Of a stretch of 64,000 nt of DNA, positions 61,366 through 64,000 are shown piece after piece (positions within the stretch are counted from its first letter, which is position 1; each line of letters opens with the position of its first letter). This DNA comes from Limisphaerales bacterium. GTDB taxonomy: Bacteria > Verrucomicrobiota > Verrucomicrobiia > Limisphaerales > JAJOIW01. The position numbers and the translations under genes were made by a program. Under the pieces are notes generated by a model. That model ran no database searches and had not been told where the DNA came from. It saw only the letters and a list, made by a program, of their open reading frames with translations. Location: the NCBI GenBank assembly GCA_965657355.1, contig CBFHOE010000006.1, positions 143,217 to 207,216 on the forward strand, in the 5' to 3' direction.

Positions 61366-61630
61366 TGAAGAATAAACCAAGCCTGCCTAAATAATGCAAG
61401 TCATTAATTATTAATAATTTATAAAAATATAAACCTTGTTTCTACAACAACTCAGAGCTCATTTTTTGCCACTATTCATACTCAATTCTGTCCCAGTATG
61501 GCTTGTTTCTCCCCTCTCGTTGTGACAGAGAGCGGCTTCAAAAGTGACCTTTTATATGATTGGATCAGGGAAAATTCCTAAAGATTAGACCATTTCCACG
61601 CTTTTTTGTTGCCAATCAGCTCTAAAATTC

Positions 61631-62569
61631 ATGGTAATGACTCTTGTGGTCGAGTTAATCGAGGAATTCATTGTCTCACTGAGGCACGAGAGGCACTACT
61701 CTGAGAAAACTCAGGATACCTATTCTCGATTACTGAAGAACTTTACCTCATGGCTGGGGGGACAAAGTGATCCCAAACCAAAACATTGGACTGAAATTGG
61801 GCTCAAGCACCTCACATCATTCATAGAATTTGAAGCAAAGCGAACGATAGGAGACGATAAAAAAACACTCTCTTTCGAAAGTCTTTATCTTCAGATCGCG
61901 GCATTAAAAGCCTTTTTCAAATACCTCAAGCGCGAAGGGTATATAATTGGAAATGTTGCGGAACATCTCAGTCTTCCACGGAGGCGATTTAAGCTACCAA
62001 AAGCATTACCTCAGACTGTGGTGAGTGATTTTTTGAAGCCTATCCCCAATCCCTCGAATAATGACCTTTGTGATCAGGCTATCATTGAATTGGCATATTC
62101 CAGTGGATTGAGGCTTGTGGAACTTCGAAGTCTCCGATTGGAGAATCTGCAACTCGATGCGGGTTTCATCCAAGTTTTGGGAAAAGGTAACAAACAACGC
62201 ATTGTTCCAGTTGGGAAATCGGCCGTGCAGGCGCTGAACAATTATTTAATGGTAAGCCGGCCAAAGCTTGTGAGTCCAAAAAGTCCCGCTTCCGTGTTTT
62301 TGACCCAGAGGGGCTCGTCTTTCGCTCACACTACTATGTGGAAGCGAATTACCCGGCGAATAGCTAAGTCCGGGTTCGATGGTCATGTGACGCCTCATAT
62401 GCTGCGCCACAGCTTTGCTACTCATCTTCTGGAAAATGGGGCAGATCTGAGAGTGATCCAGGAATTACTGGGTCATTCTCAGATCAATACGACCGAAATT
62501 TACACAAATGTTGCCAATCAACGCTTGCGTGATTCACTCAAGTTATTCCATCCTAGGCACCAAGAATAA
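61631..62569 (+). CDS. xerD: Xer-type tyrosine recombinase
   Basis: YSSGLRLVEL, GKGNKQRIVP, TPHMLRHSFATHLLENGADLRVIQELLGH..TTEIYT; XerC vs XerD not certain. Confidence 0.85.
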   Translation: MVMTLVVELIEEFIVSLRHERHYSEKTQDTYSRLLKNFTSWLGGQSDPKPKHWTEIGLKHLTSFIEFEAKRTIGDDKKTLSFESLYLQIAALKAFFKYLKREGYIIGNVAEHLSLPRRRFKLPKALPQTVVSDFLKPIPNPSNNDLCDQAIIELAYSSGLRLVELRSLRLENLQLDAGFIQVLGKGNKQRIVPVGKSAVQALNNYLMVSRPKLVSPKSPASVFLTQRGSSFAHTTMWKRITRRIAKSGFDGHVTPHMLRHSFATHLLENGADLRVIQELLGHSQINTTEIYTNVANQRLRDSLKLFHPRHQE

Positions 62570-62677
62570 AAAGTTATTCCCATTTACTTCCCATTGACTT
62601 TATATTTGGTGAAAGGAAATGGAGTCATTCCGGTATTCTAAATTGGAAATGATGAAAAATTTTAGGTTTCAGCGGTC

Positions 62678-63196
62678 ATGAGAAGACCAGAATCTAGCTT
62701 TAATACAGAGCCCCAGTGGTTCGTAGCCCATACAAGGCCAAGGGCAGAGAAAAAACTCGCACATTACTGCGATAGGGAGGGCTTTACCAACGAATTGCCG
62801 ACCGTCAGAACCGTTCGGAAATACCAGCGAAAAATATGCAAATTCGATAATCCGCTATTTCCCGGATATTTATTTCTTCGAATTAACCCAGCCTCCAAAC
62901 AAAAAGTTTTTCAGAGTGATTATTGTGCGCGCATCATCCAGGTGAATCTACAGGATGAGTTCGAGCAGCAGCTGCGGGATATTTTACAAGCTGTCCGATA
63001 TGAAGAAGAGAACGAAATTATTCTTTGCCCATCCATAACCGAAGGACTCAGGGTTCGAATCAAAAGTGGCCCTCTGACCGGCTTGGAAGGTGTCGTTGCC
63101 AGAAGGGAAGGCATCTCAAACGTCCACCTCAACCTCGATTTCATCGGACAATCTGCCGTCGTTAAATTAGAAGCTTCTCGACTTGAAGCTACTTAA
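62678..63196 (+). CDS. NusG paralog (RfaH/UpxY/LoaP-like antiterminator)
   Basis: WFVAHTRPRAEKK, PLFPGYLF, KOW VRIKSGPLTGLEG; not in the secE-rplK context. Confidence 0.9.
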   Translation: MRRPESSFNTEPQWFVAHTRPRAEKKLAHYCDREGFTNELPTVRTVRKYQRKICKFDNPLFPGYLFLRINPASKQKVFQSDYCARIIQVNLQDEFEQQLRDILQAVRYEEENEIILCPSITEGLRVRIKSGPLTGLEGVVARREGISNVHLNLDFIGQSAVVKLEASRLEAT

Positions 63197-63247
63197 TCCT
63201 TTCATTTTCCATAAATTATAGTCTTGCTAAGTTGGATTAAATGAATT

Positions 63248-63283
63248 AACTGTTTAATACAAATTAAACGGTTTGCGTTTTTT
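63248..63283 (+). terminator. Terminator-like hairpin after the NusG paralog
   Basis: AACTGTTTAA-tacaaa-TTAAACGGTT-tgcgTTTTTT. Confidence 0.45.
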
Positions 63284-63370
63284 ATTTGTAAACCATTAAT
63301 TTTCAAAGCTTAGCAAGTTTCCCTGTAGGCGAGCGCCAAACCAAAAATGCGGTGCGAACTGACCGGGGCG

Positions 63371-63945
63371 AAGCCCCGAAATTGCTACTCAATTTCGGGG
63401 GGACGGCATGAGCCGCAGTTATTGGTAAATCGAGATTCGTCATTGGTGCCTCAGATTGCTCCGCTCACATATCATTATTTACGATGGATCTGCCAAGTTA
63501 TCGTGAGGGAAACGAAAAAGAGCACGAAGCACCAGTCACGAGTAACGGCGCTGACAAAGCCCCTAAATTGCTATTTAATTTTCGGGGGGCGGCATATGCC
63601 GCAGTGATTCGTAATTAGATACAGGTTATTGATGCTCCAGATCGCTTCTCTCACATTTCTATGTTTTCTAAAGATCCCTACAAATGAACTTTAGTCTACC
63701 AACTCTATTCAGTATTTCGTGTGATTGATCTATAAAGTGACCGTGAGAGAATCGAACAAAAGCACAAATCTCCAGTCCCGAATGACGGCGGTGGCAAAGC
63801 CGCCGCAAGAGCTGCATTTACCAATCAGCGAGATTCCAAAGTAATTTCAAAGGCCTAGAGGCCAGTGCCAAAAAATCGTGAGAGAAACGAATAAAAGCAC
63901 AAATCACCAATCACCAGTCACCAATCACAATGGTGGCCAGGCCAC
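63371..63945 (+). repeat. Array of degenerate structured repeats (A-B-A-x-B-y-B) plus heptamer tandem
   Basis: Unit A at 63371 and 63557; unit B (CGTGAGRGAAWCGAAnAARAGCACRAA..CCARTC) at 63502, 63742, 63877; TCACCAR heptamers 63904-63931. Confidence 0.8.
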
Positions 63946-64000
63946 CACGACAGCGGAGCCAAGCGCAGCTCCAATGAGTCAAACTCAGGTGGACATGGTT

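Noticed and set aside
63347..63607. 86-aa ORF, or a CRISPR reading of the terminal repeats
   Set aside because: The ORF merely translates the repeat and copy 2 is interrupted by a stop; the repeats are long, degenerate and irregularly spaced, with no cas genes.

Overview
Mostly core chromosome of a bacterium that looks like Verrucomicrobiota (PVC). The assignment rests on a PVC-type haem-binding CxxCH protein, a DUF3106-like gene behind an ECF sigma/anti-sigma pair and a PVC-style prepilin. The window very probably contains the replication origin. A Bacillus-type basal unwinding module (tandem DnaA boxes, a GC pentamer and TAA trios) lies directly upstream of dnaN. A second DnaA-box cluster lies about 2.2 kb away, with uppP and a cysteine desulfurase, not dnaA, between the two. 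Two perfect parS palindromes are buried in coding sequence: one in an extra loop of MnmG and one in the C-terminal tail of Pgi. Housekeeping genes include gap, recA, mnmG, pgi, glnD, purK, dnaN, nrdR, nth, trmB, fabI, rsmD, murA and xerD. There is also an orphan minimal flagellin with CsrA-type leader hairpins, a nfeD-floA operon, a LysR-linked sugar oxidoreductase/GH88 cluster, an AmiE-NamZ-like fusion and a NusG paralog followed by an array of structured repeats. Several apparently empty AT-rich gaps are gene fossils missed by the ORF track: a second flagellin, an RHS/YD-repeat fragment, an IS200/RAYT-like HUH transposase with REP-like ends, a phage-like winged-helix gene and possibly a PilZ-like gene. 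Two candidate structured ncRNAs were also seen. All calls are from manual reading; no searches or folding programs were run.
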